Position numbers and translations under genes: made by a program. DNA of 64,000 nucleotides from contig JBDTLK010000001.1 in the NCBI GenBank assembly GCA_039934835.1, forward strand, positions 455 to 64,454, in the 5' to 3' direction. Under the pieces are notes generated by a model. That model did not search any database, was not told where the DNA came from, and saw only the letters and a list, made by a program, of their open reading frames with translations. Of the stretch, positions 18,530-26,556 are shown in pieces (within the stretch, counting starts at the first letter, position 1; the number at the start of each line of letters is the position of its first letter). This DNA is from Casimicrobiaceae bacterium (GTDB lineage Bacteria; Pseudomonadota; Gammaproteobacteria; Burkholderiales; Casimicrobiaceae).

Positions 18530-19738
18530 TCATTCGTACAGATATACGTCGACGACCGTTCCGGGGCCGTACCCCTCGCTCTCGGCGGGAACCACGACGA
18601 AGCCGTCGGCGCGGGTCGTCGATGAGAGTATCGACGCGCCGCTTAGCGCCAGCGGCTCGACCTGGTCATCGACGAACACGACGCGACAGTAGTCGATCCG
18701 GCCGATCGCGGAAACAATCTTGCGCGCAACGCTGCCTTGCCGGGTGCGATGCGGCCAATCCGGGCGTCGCCCACCGCGCAGTCGGATGGCGCGCCCGGCG
18801 AAGAAATCGTAGGCACACAGGCAAGACACCGGATTGCCGGGGAGCAGGAACACCAGCGCTTCGCCGACAAGGCCGATGCCGGCGGGGCTCGACGGGCGCA
18901 TCGCGACGCCGTGAAACGCCAGCTCTCCGACGTCGGCAAGGAGTTGCGGGGCATGGTCCTCGGTGCCGACGCTCGAACCGCCGGAAATCAGGATGACATC
19001 TGCGCCCGGCGTGATGAGCGCCTCGCGAATCTTCGTCGCGTCGTCGCCAAGTTTGTAGTGTGCCTCGATAGCGCCGCCATCGCGCGCAAGGAGTCCGCGC
19101 AGCATCGCCGAATTGGCATCGTAGATCTGATGGGGGCCTTTCAGCTCGCCCGGACTGATCACCTCGTTGCCGGTGACTATGATTCGGACGCGCGGCTGGT
19201 CGACTACGCGAATGCGGTCGATGCCAAGCGACGCAAGCAAACCGAGATCCTGCGGACGCAGGCGCCGGGCGATCTCCAGTACGGCCGTGCCGGCCTGGAT
19301 GTCTTCACCGATGGTACCGATGTGTTTGCCGGGGGCGACGGAAAGCGTGATCTCGACCTGCCCGGACTTCTCCTGCGCGTACTCCGCTGGCACGACCGCG
19401 TCGGCGCCTTCGGGTATCGCGGCGCCCGTCATGATTCTCACCGCGGACGCGGGCGGTACCGTTCCGTCAAAGGGCCTGCCCGGCAATGCCTGGCCAAGCA
19501 CCGCAAATGCAAGTGGATTGTAGTCGCCTGCGCCGGATGTTTCCGCGCCATGCAATGCGTAACCGTCCATCGCGGAGCGGTCAAACTCGGGGACGTCGAT
19601 GGGCGCAATCACCTGTTCCGCAAGAATGCGACCCGATGCTTCGTCCAGCGATACGACGCTCTGCCCAAGCCGATGGGCGTTTCGGTCAATCCAGTCCAGT
19701 ACGGCGCCAACTTCAGCGCGCTGGCGAAAACCATGCAT
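18530..19738 (-). CDS. moeA: Molybdopterin molybdotransferase
   Basis: IDVPEFDRSAMDGYAL, ISGGSSVGTEDH and LPGNPVSCL are typical MoeA motifs. The ATG at 19738 (MHGFRQ...) gives the usual N-terminal length; the ORF can extend to a GTG at 19780. Confidence 0.85.
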   Translation of the reverse strand: MHGFRQRAEVGAVLDWIDRNAHRLGQSVVSLDEASGRILAEQVIAPIDVPEFDRSAMDGYALHGAETSGAGDYNPLAFAVLGQALPGRPFDGTVPPASAVRIMTGAAIPEGADAVVPAEYAQEKSGQVEITLSVAPGKHIGTIGEDIQAGTAVLEIARRLRPQDLGLLASLGIDRIRVVDQPRVRIIVTGNEVISPGELKGPHQIYDANSAMLRGLLARDGGAIEAHYKLGDDATKIREALITPGADVILISGGSSVGTEDHAPQLLADVGELAFHGVAMRPSSPAGIGLVGEALVFLLPGNPVSCLCAYDFFAGRAIRLRGGRRPDWPHRTRQGSVARKIVSAIGRIDYCRVVFVDDQVEPLALSGASILSSTTRADGFVVVPAESEGYGPGTVVDVYLYE

Positions 19739-19908
19739 GCGCACATCTCTTGGGATCACGCCATCTCCAGGCAGAACCACGGCAACTTACGCGAGGGGCT
19801 CGATTATAGACCTCGGCAGCATGGACTACAGGTGGGCGTGCCGCGCGCATGCGAGCAGCGGCGTATCAGGTAAATCTCCCATGAGCGACGTTGAATTTGT
19901 GCGCTGGG

Positions 19909-19925
19909 TATATACGGCTGTATAT
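19909..19925. promoter_or_regulatory. Mo-box-like operator (TATAT-N7-TATAT) in the moeA/modA divergent promoter region
   Basis: The sequence ggTATATacggctgTATATtac matches the TATAT-N7-TAYAT ModE operator consensus described for E. coli. It lies 45 nt upstream of the modA ATG. Confidence 0.5.
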
Positions 19926-19937
19926 TACGCTTTGGGC

Positions 19938-19963
19938 ACTTGGGCGGGAGACTTGGGCGGGAG
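19938..19963 (+). repeat. Perfect 13-nt tandem duplication (ACTTGGGCGGGAG x2) covering the modA ribosome-binding site
   Basis: Read directly: 19938-19950 and 19951-19963 are identical. The second copy supplies GGGAG 8 nt upstream of the modA ATG. Confidence 0.9.
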
Positions 19964-19969
19964 TCAAGC

Positions 19970-20743
19970 ATGCGCAGGCTGATAGGATCTCTCTCGTCGT
20001 TTGCCTTCGCGCTATGCGTGTCCATCGCGTCACCCCCGGTCAAGGCGGTCGATGTCACGGTGTTTGCGGCCGCGAGCCTGAAAGAGGCCATGGACGATCA
20101 GGCCAGGCAGTTCGAGGCCAATACCGGCAACAAGGTGATCGTCTCGTATGGCGCGAGCAACGCGCTGGCGAAGCAGATCGAGTCCGGAGCACCCGCAGAC
20201 ATTTTCATTTCCGCCGACCTCGATTGGATGGACTACATCGACCAGAAGCGGCTGGTGGCGCCGAATATGCGCTTTGATCTATTGCGCAATACCCTGGTCC
20301 TTATTGCACCGGCATCGAGTGTGTCGACGCTCAAGATCGGTCCGAACTTTGGTCTCGCTGCCGCGCTTGGCAATGAAAAGCTGGCCATGGCGAATCCCGA
20401 CAGTGTGCCGGCGGGCAAGTACGGCAAGAGCGCACTCGAAAAGCTGGGTGTCTGGCAGAGCGTCGAGAAGCAGGTCGCACGGGCTGAGAACGTGCGTGCA
20501 GCACTGGCGTTCGTATCGAGGGGCGGGGCACCCTTCGGCGTCGTGTACAGAACTGATGCGTCGGCCGACAAGGGCGTGCGGATCGTCGATACCTTTCCGG
20601 CGGACACCCATCCGCCGATCATCTACCCGGCGGCGCTGCTGGTAGGCAGCAAGACGACCGCCGCGAAGCCGCTGCTCGCCTATCTACGATCCACGCCGGC
20701 GCGTGCTGGCTGGGAAAAATACGGCTTTGGTCTAGTTCGATAA
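19970..20743 (+). CDS. modA: Molybdate ABC transporter substrate-binding protein
   Basis: ATG at 19970 inside ORF 19940..20743 (the track starts at a TTG). Signal peptide, then VTVFAAASLKEAMD...VSYGASNALAKQIESGAPADIFISAD, typical of ModA. Confidence 0.9.
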   Translation: MRRLIGSLSSFAFALCVSIASPPVKAVDVTVFAAASLKEAMDDQARQFEANTGNKVIVSYGASNALAKQIESGAPADIFISADLDWMDYIDQKRLVAPNMRFDLLRNTLVLIAPASSVSTLKIGPNFGLAAALGNEKLAMANPDSVPAGKYGKSALEKLGVWQSVEKQVARAENVRAALAFVSRGGAPFGVVYRTDASADKGVRIVDTFPADTHPPIIYPAALLVGSKTTAAKPLLAYLRSTPARAGWEKYGFGLVR

Positions 20744-20746
20744 GCC

Positions 20747-21448
20747 ATGTTCGAGCTCAGCCCGGAAGAGCTCGGCATTCTTGGACTGAGTCTCCGGGTT
20801 GCCGTGGTCAGCGTCATATTCAGCCTGCCGCTCGCGATCGCGGTAGCCCTTGGACTGGCGCGCTTGTCGTTTCCGGGAAAGACTCTGGTCGATGCGATCA
20901 TCCATCTTCCACTCGTGTTGCCTCCGGTCGTCGTCGGGTTTGCGCTCCTGGTGCTTTTCGGCAAGCGCGGAGCCATCGGCAGCTGGCTCGACCAATGGTT
21001 CGGCATTGTCCTTGCGTTCCGTTGGACCGGCGCGGCGTTGGCGTCCGCGATCATGGGCTTTCCGCTGATGGTTCGCGCCATCCGATTGTCGATCGAGGCC
21101 ATCGACCAGCGCCTCGAAGTCGCAGCGCGCACCCTCGGCGGGTCGCGTCCATGGGTTTTCGCATCGATCACGCTGCCGCTGGCGCTGCCGGGCATCATCA
21201 CCGGCACGCTCCTGTCGTTCGCCCGGGGGCTGGGCGAATTCGGTGCGACCATTACCTTCGTTTCCAATATCCCCGGCGAGACCCAAACGTTGCCGCTGGC
21301 GATCTATACGTTCACCCAGGTGCCTGGCGGCGAGGGCCAGGCGCTGCGCATGAGCATCATTGCGGTCATCCTGTCCATCGCGGCGCTGGCAACTTCGGAA
21401 TGGCTTACGCGTCGCTCGAAGCGCATGCACGGCGATGATCGACGTTGA
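20747..21448 (+). CDS. modB: Molybdate ABC transporter permease
   Basis: 233 aa polytopic permease with the EAA-loop region ...EAIDQRLEVAARTLGGSRPWVFASITLPLALPG... Located between modA and modC. Confidence 0.9.
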   Translation: MFELSPEELGILGLSLRVAVVSVIFSLPLAIAVALGLARLSFPGKTLVDAIIHLPLVLPPVVVGFALLVLFGKRGAIGSWLDQWFGIVLAFRWTGAALASAIMGFPLMVRAIRLSIEAIDQRLEVAARTLGGSRPWVFASITLPLALPGIITGTLLSFARGLGEFGATITFVSNIPGETQTLPLAIYTFTQVPGGEGQALRMSIIAVILSIAALATSEWLTRRSKRMHGDDRR

Positions 21449-22523
21449 CATCGAAGCGCAACTGGGCGCGTTTCATCTTTCGGTCCGGTTTGCAGCAGAG
21501 GCTCCCATCCTCGGCCTGTTCGGACGGTCCGGCTCGGGCAAGAGCAGCGTGATCAACGCGATCGCGGGGATATCGACGCCACTGCGGGGCACCATCTCCA
21601 TCAATGGCGTCGCCTTGTTCGACTCGGCAAAAGGCATCGACCTGGCCCCGGAAAAGCGGCGAATCGGCTATGTCTTCCAGGACTCCCTGTTGTTTCCGCA
21701 CATGGATGTCGAATCAAATCTTTTCTATGGCCATCGATTGCGCCGGTCCGTGGACCGCTTCATCGACGAGAAACGCGTCATCGAGCTACTTGGCCTGGAT
21801 GGGCTGTTGCGCCGAAAGCCGATGGCGCTGTCGGGCGGCGAAAAGCAGCGTGTTGCCATAGGCCGCGCACTGCTCGCCCAACCGCGCATCTTGCTCATGG
21901 ACGAACCCCTGGCAGCACTCGACATCTCGCGCAAGATCGAGATCCTCGACTATATCGAGCGCTTGCGCGATGAGTTGAATATACCGATCGTCTATGTCAG
22001 TCACTCGGTGACGGAAATCACACGGCTTGCCGACACCGTAGTCGTGCTATCGGAGGGAAAATGCCTTGCGGCAGGTGATGTCGACGAAGTGATGGGTCGA
22101 CTCGATCTGAAGCCCGCGACCGGACGCTACGAGGCAGGGGCGGTTGTCGATACCCGCGTCGTCGCACACGATACCGAATATCAGTTGACGACGCTTGCGT
22201 TCGATGGCGGCGAACTCCTCGTACCGCATATCGACGCGCCGATAGGTGATCACTTCCGCGTACGAATTCGCGCGCGTGACGTAGCGCTTTCCATCCGAAG
22301 ACCGACTGAGATCAGCATACTCAACGTGCTTGCCGCCCGCGTCACAGCGATCGACGAGGAGACTGGTCCGATCGTGGATGTGCAGCTCGCGATAGGCCAG
22401 GCCACACTTGTTGCGCGAATCACGCGGCGATCGTTCCGGGGTCTCGATATTCGCAGTGGGCAGGAGGTCTACGCGCTTATCAAGGCCATCTCATTCGATC
22501 AGCGCAGTGTCGGTTATGCGTGA
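21435..22523 (+). CDS. modC: Molybdate ABC transporter ATP-binding protein with a C-terminal TOBE/Mop-like domain
   Basis: ATG at 21435 (14-nt overlap with modB). Walker A GRSGSGKSS, signature LSGGEKQRV, Walker B LLMDEP. About 120 aa C-terminal beta-rich extension typical of ModC. Confidence 0.9.
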   Translation: MIDVDIEAQLGAFHLSVRFAAEAPILGLFGRSGSGKSSVINAIAGISTPLRGTISINGVALFDSAKGIDLAPEKRRIGYVFQDSLLFPHMDVESNLFYGHRLRRSVDRFIDEKRVIELLGLDGLLRRKPMALSGGEKQRVAIGRALLAQPRILLMDEPLAALDISRKIEILDYIERLRDELNIPIVYVSHSVTEITRLADTVVVLSEGKCLAAGDVDEVMGRLDLKPATGRYEAGAVVDTRVVAHDTEYQLTTLAFDGGELLVPHIDAPIGDHFRVRIRARDVALSIRRPTEISILNVLAARVTAIDEETGPIVDVQLAIGQATLVARITRRSFRGLDIRSGQEVYALIKAISFDQRSVGYA

Positions 22524-22538
22524 CGGCACGGAGGGTGC

Positions 22539-22907
22539 ATGAAGCCCGAGGTTCGATTTCACATTCGCGACAGCAGCCACTCTGCCGAGTTGGCGATCGG
22601 GCCAGGCAAGGTTGCGCTTCTGGAAGCCATCGATCAGACCGGTTCGATTACTTCGTCCGCCAAGCTGCTTGGAATGTCGTATCGCCGCGCGTGGTTGCTG
22701 GTCGACGAGACGAATCGCTGTCTGGTTCGCCCGGCGGTGCAAACCATTGCAGGAGGACAACGCGGTGGAGGCGCTTCGCTGACGGCGGTAGGCATCGAAC
22801 TGGTTCGCCGCTATCGGGCGCTGGAGCGCAAGACCGGCTTGGCCGTGACCAGGAACCTGAAGCCATTGCTGCGCAGCGTTGCGCGACCCGCTCGCACCAA
22901 GAAGTGA
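22539..22907 (+). CDS. ModE N-terminal-domain-only (winged HTH) transcriptional regulator, no Mop domains
   Basis: 122 aa. ...GPGKVALLEAIDQTGSITSSAKLLGMSYRRAWLLVDETN... resembles the ModE/LysR-type HTH. It ends before any di-Mop domain could fit. 15 nt downstream of modC. Confidence 0.75.
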   Translation: MKPEVRFHIRDSSHSAELAIGPGKVALLEAIDQTGSITSSAKLLGMSYRRAWLLVDETNRCLVRPAVQTIAGGQRGGGASLTAVGIELVRRYRALERKTGLAVTRNLKPLLRSVARPARTKK

Positions 22908-23021
22908 GATCATGAACCCGCAACTTACAATTCCCCGCGTTGCCCGCCGTGTAGAGGCACATCGGCCCATCCTGCGCCGCCGCTTGCCCCAGAGCGACCA
23001 CGCCGAGCCAGCCGCAACGGA

Positions 23022-23849
23022 TCATGCGTTGGCGTCGCCCGCGTTGGGATAGAACAACTGCTCGCCGCCGATCTTGTAGTCGGCGATCGCTTTTTGACCG
23101 CCGGGCGACACCAGCCAGTCGATGAACTGCTGGCCGAGTTGCTTTTTCACCGTCGGGTGCTTCTCTGGATTCACCAGCATGACCCCGTACTGGTTGAAGA
23201 GTCGCTTGTCGCCCTCGACCAGGATCGCGAGATCGCCGCGATTCTTGAACGCAAGCCAGGTGCCGCGATCGGCGAGAATGTAGGCATTCATCGACGCTGC
23301 CGTGTTCAGCGCCGGCCCCATGCCCTGCCCGGTGTCGCGATACCAAGGTCCCTTGCTCTTCTCGAGATCGACTCGGGAGGCCTTCCACAGGTCGAGTTCG
23401 GCCATGTGCGTGCCGCTGCGATCGCCGCGCGAGACGAATGGCGCCTGTGCGGCCGCGACCTTCTTGAGCGCCGCGAGGATGTCCTTGCCACCGGCGATTT
23501 TGGCGGGATCGCCCTTGGGGCCGATGAGCACGAAGTCGTTGTACATCACCGGATAGCGCTTGACGCCGTGGCCTTCGGCGAGGAACTTGTCCTCCGCGGC
23601 ACGGGCGTGAACGAACACCACGTCGGCGTCGCCGCGGCGCCCCACGTCAAGCGCCTGCCCGGTTCCGAGCGCGACGACGTGCACCTTCACGCCGGTCCGC
23701 TGCTCGTAGATCGGCAGCAAATACCGGAACAATCCGGACTGCTCGGTCGACGTGGTCGACGCGACAGTGATGAAGCGCTCCTGGGCCGGTGCTGCCAATG
23801 CATAAGCGGCGAGCGCTGCGGCGATGAAAATGCGACGCGAAACTACCAT
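23022..23849 (-). CDS. tupA: Tungstate (TupA-type) ABC transporter substrate-binding protein
   Basis: Signal peptide, then ITVASTTSTEQSGLFRYLLP (TTTS/SGL anion-binding signature of TupA) and ...ALGTGQALDVGRRGDADVVFVH... Confidence 0.8.
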   Translation of the reverse strand: MVVSRRIFIAAALAAYALAAPAQERFITVASTTSTEQSGLFRYLLPIYEQRTGVKVHVVALGTGQALDVGRRGDADVVFVHARAAEDKFLAEGHGVKRYPVMYNDFVLIGPKGDPAKIAGGKDILAALKKVAAAQAPFVSRGDRSGTHMAELDLWKASRVDLEKSKGPWYRDTGQGMGPALNTAASMNAYILADRGTWLAFKNRGDLAILVEGDKRLFNQYGVMLVNPEKHPTVKKQLGQQFIDWLVSPGGQKAIADYKIGGEQLFYPNAGDANA

Positions 23850-24586
23850 GGCAATTCTCCTTCAAGGAATCGAGTGGCTTCAGCGGACTTGGGGCGTTTG
23901 AAAAAATCGGCGACCACCGCGCGCTCGGCAATCCGCCCCCTGTGCATGAACAAGATCTCGTCGCCGAGTCGACGCGCCTGGCCGAGGTTGTGGGTCACGA
24001 GAACGATCTTCGTGCCGGCAGCATGCATCGCGACGATAACCTGCTCGATCTCGTGCGCCGCGCCCGGATCGAGGCTCGAGGTGGGTTCGTCGAGAAACAG
24101 GACCTCGGGGCGCAGCGCCCAGGCGCGCGCGAGGGCCAGCCGTTGTTGCTCGCCGCCGGACAGAACGCGCGCCGGGCGGTCCGCGAGGGCCGCCAGGCCG
24201 ACTCTATCGAGCGCCTCGCGCGCCCTCGTGTCGCGCGCGCCGGACGCGGTGCCCGCGACGCGCAGTCCATAGACGACGTTGGCGAGCGCAGAGCGCCGCA
24301 ACAACACCGGGCGCTGAAAGACCATTGCCTGGCGCCGCGGCGCGCCGGGCAGTTCCGGCGCGTTCCAGCGGATAGTCCCGGTTGTCTGGCGCAGGAGCCC
24401 GTGGCACAGCCGCAGCAACACGCTCTTGCCCGCGCCATTCGCGCCGATGATCACGGTGCGGGTTGCCGCGTCGAGCCGGAACGACACGTTGTCGATGATG
24501 CGTCGGCCGCCGACGGCAAATACGAGTCCGTCCACATGGAGCGGCAGCAGGGGCCTCGGAGCGCGCATGGTCGACGCCTCCGTCAT
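23843..24586 (-). CDS. tupC: Tungstate-type ABC transporter ATP-binding protein
   Basis: Internal ATG at 24586 of ORF 23843..25405, with an ATGA overlap with the tupB stop. Walker A GANGAGKS, signature LSGGEQQRL, Walker B LFLDEPTS. 247 aa. Confidence 0.85.
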   Translation of the reverse strand: MTEASTMRAPRPLLPLHVDGLVFAVGGRRIIDNVSFRLDAATRTVIIGANGAGKSVLLRLCHGLLRQTTGTIRWNAPELPGAPRRQAMVFQRPVLLRRSALANVVYGLRVAGTASGARDTRAREALDRVGLAALADRPARVLSGGEQQRLALARAWALRPEVLFLDEPTSSLDPGAAHEIEQVIVAMHAAGTKIVLVTHNLGQARRLGDEILFMHRGRIAERAVVADFFKRPKSAEATRFLEGELPW

Positions 24587-25287
24587 CCATACCGCCGCTG
24601 TGCCGTCTCTTTGACGACATACGCAGCCGCATTGAGCACCAGCACGATGGTCAGCAAGACCAATCCCAGACCGAGCGCGAGCGGCAGGTCGCCCTTGCTG
24701 GTCTCCAGCGCGATGGTGGTGGTCATCACTCGCGTGACGCCATCGATGTTGCCGCCGACGATCATCACCGCCCCGACTTCCGCCGCGGCGCGGCCGAAGC
24801 CGGCCAGGACGATGGTGAGCAACGAAAAACGCACGTCCCAGAGCAGCGTCGCCGCCGCGCCCAGGCGGCGCTCGCCCAGCGAGCGCAACTGATCGCGATA
24901 TTCGCCCCACGCATCCTCGATCACCTGGCGCGACAGCGCGGCGACGATTGGCGTGACGAGTATGGCCTGGGCAATGACCATGGCAGTCGGCGTGAACAGG
25001 AGCCCCATCGCGCCCAGAGGCCCCGCGCGTGACAACAGGAGATAAACCGCCAGCCCGACGACAACGGGCGGCAGTCCCATCAGCGCATTGAGCACGACGA
25101 TGAGCAGGTGGCGGCCGGGAAAGCGGCCAACCGCGATGGTCGCGCCGAGCGGCAATCCCACCAGACACGCGATGACGACCGCGGTCAGGCTCACCTCCAA
25201 GCTGAGCAGCACGATGCCGATCAGGTTCGCATCGCCGCTGCCTATCATGTGCAGCGCCTGCGCGGCGGCGGTTCCCAACCCGTTCAT
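24583..25287 (-). CDS. tupB: Tungstate-type ABC transporter permease
   Basis: ATG at 25287 (MNGLGTAAAQ...). A 234-aa polytopic permease, first gene of a translationally coupled tupB-tupC-tupA series. Confidence 0.8.
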   Translation of the reverse strand: MNGLGTAAAQALHMIGSGDANLIGIVLLSLEVSLTAVVIACLVGLPLGATIAVGRFPGRHLLIVVLNALMGLPPVVVGLAVYLLLSRAGPLGAMGLLFTPTAMVIAQAILVTPIVAALSRQVIEDAWGEYRDQLRSLGERRLGAAATLLWDVRFSLLTIVLAGFGRAAAEVGAVMIVGGNIDGVTRVMTTTIALETSKGDLPLALGLGLVLLTIVLVLNAAAYVVKETAQRRYG

Positions 25288-25316
25288 TCCCGGCGGAAAC
25301 TTTCGGGTGCGGCAAA

Positions 25317-25336
25317 ATATGTATAATAATACATAT
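25317..25336. promoter_or_regulatory. AT-rich palindrome ATATGTAT-aata-ATACATAT (Mo-box-like) between tupB and the divergent regulator gene
   Basis: 8-bp perfect inverted arms. It contains TATGT-N7-TACAT and lies 30 nt upstream of the tupB ATG, in a conspicuously A/T-rich patch of a GC-rich genome. Confidence 0.45.
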
Positions 25337-25416
25337 ATACTTTGGGCTGTGACTGGACGCAACTAACCAACAATAGCCTATCGCTGTGCCCCAACAAATA
25401 TGCAAGGCTATTCATA

Positions 25417-26484
25417 TTGAAGCTGCTTCCCGCCGTGACCTGGAAATTGGCAGGGCCGGCGGGTGCCGACGTCGACGCCCGCCTGATTCCGCTGCTGGAG
25501 GCGATCGCCGCGACCGGCTCACTCGCGGCGGCCGTCACCGAGCAGGGTCAGTCGTATCGCGCCGGATGGGGACTGTTGCGCGACTGGCAGCGCGAACTGG
25601 GCGTGCAACTGGTCGAGCTCGAGCGCGGTCGCGGCGCGCGGCTCGCTGCGGCGGGCGTGCGATTGCTCGAAGCGCACCGCACGGCGCAGCGACGGCTGGC
25701 ACCCACCCTGGCGGAGCTCGCGGTAACGCTGGGCGAGGCGAAGACGATGCCGCGGCGCGCCGGGCGTCGTGCGCTCCTGGTCGCCGCCAGTCACGACCTC
25801 GCGCTTGCGGCGCTGCGCGAACTGCTGCCTGCCGAGACGGGAACGAAAATCGAGCTGTCGGTGATGGGCAGCCTCCACGCGCTGGAGCAATTCGCGGCAG
25901 GCCGGGTCGTCATCGCAGGTTTTCACGTAGCGCAGGACGCGCACGAACCGTTGGCGATCGCGCCATTCCGGCGTTGGCTCAGTGCGCGGCGGGACCGGCT
26001 GATCCGCTTTGTCGATCGAGAGCAGGGCTTGATTCTGCCGCGCGGCAATCCAGCCCGCGTGCGCGGATTCAAGGACCTCGTGCGCCTGCGCTTGCGTTTC
26101 GCGAACCGACAGTCGGGTTCGGGCACTCGGATCCTGATAGAGCGGTGTCTCGCCGAAGCCGGCGTCGCGGCATCCGCGTTGCCCGGGTTCGCACGCGAAG
26201 AACTCACTCATTCCGCGGTTGCGGCCACGGTCGCCTCCGGCGCGGCCGACGCGGGGTTCGGATTGCGCGCTGTAGCGGCAGAGGCGGGTCTGGCGTTCGT
26301 GCCGCTGGTGCGTGAGCGTTACTACCTCGCGGTGCGCGCCGCGGACCTCGACGCCGCTGCCGTTGCGACGCTGCTGGAATATCTGCGCGGACCGGCCTTC
26401 GCAGCGCTTGTGCGCAGCCTGCCCGGCTACAGTGGCGCGCAGGCCGGCAGTGTCAGCGGCATCGAGCTGCTCGGATCGCGTTAG
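25417..26484 (+). CDS. Transcriptional regulator: ModE-like N-terminal HTH fused to a PBP-like (putative oxyanion-sensing) domain
   Basis: N-terminus ...LIPLLEAIAATGSLAAAVTEQGQSYRAGWGLLRDW... resembles ModE-N and the 22539 protein. C-terminus ...NRQSGSGTRILIERCL...GLAFVPLVRERYYLAVR... resembles the C-terminus of the MoeA fusion. The start is uncertain: there is no in-frame ATG, and the candidates are TTG 25417 and GTG 25435. Confidence 0.75.
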   Translation: MKLLPAVTWKLAGPAGADVDARLIPLLEAIAATGSLAAAVTEQGQSYRAGWGLLRDWQRELGVQLVELERGRGARLAAAGVRLLEAHRTAQRRLAPTLAELAVTLGEAKTMPRRAGRRALLVAASHDLALAALRELLPAETGTKIELSVMGSLHALEQFAAGRVVIAGFHVAQDAHEPLAIAPFRRWLSARRDRLIRFVDREQGLILPRGNPARVRGFKDLVRLRLRFANRQSGSGTRILIERCLAEAGVAASALPGFAREELTHSAVAATVASGAADAGFGLRAVAAEAGLAFVPLVRERYYLAVRAADLDAAAVATLLEYLRGPAFAALVRSLPGYSGAQAGSVSGIELLGSR

Positions 26485-26556
26485 TACCGGCTCGCGACGC
26501 GCTCCATGTCGCCACCGTTTGCGGTAGCATGGGCGTCCGTTTTTGCCGTGCCCGAC

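Noticed and set aside
19781-19900. Moco (molybdenum cofactor) riboswitch upstream of moeA
   Set aside because: I read the minus-strand leader and found only a loose CCGAG...CGAGCCCC resemblance. The leader is too short and lacks the multi-stem architecture expected. A cmscan would be needed to overturn this.
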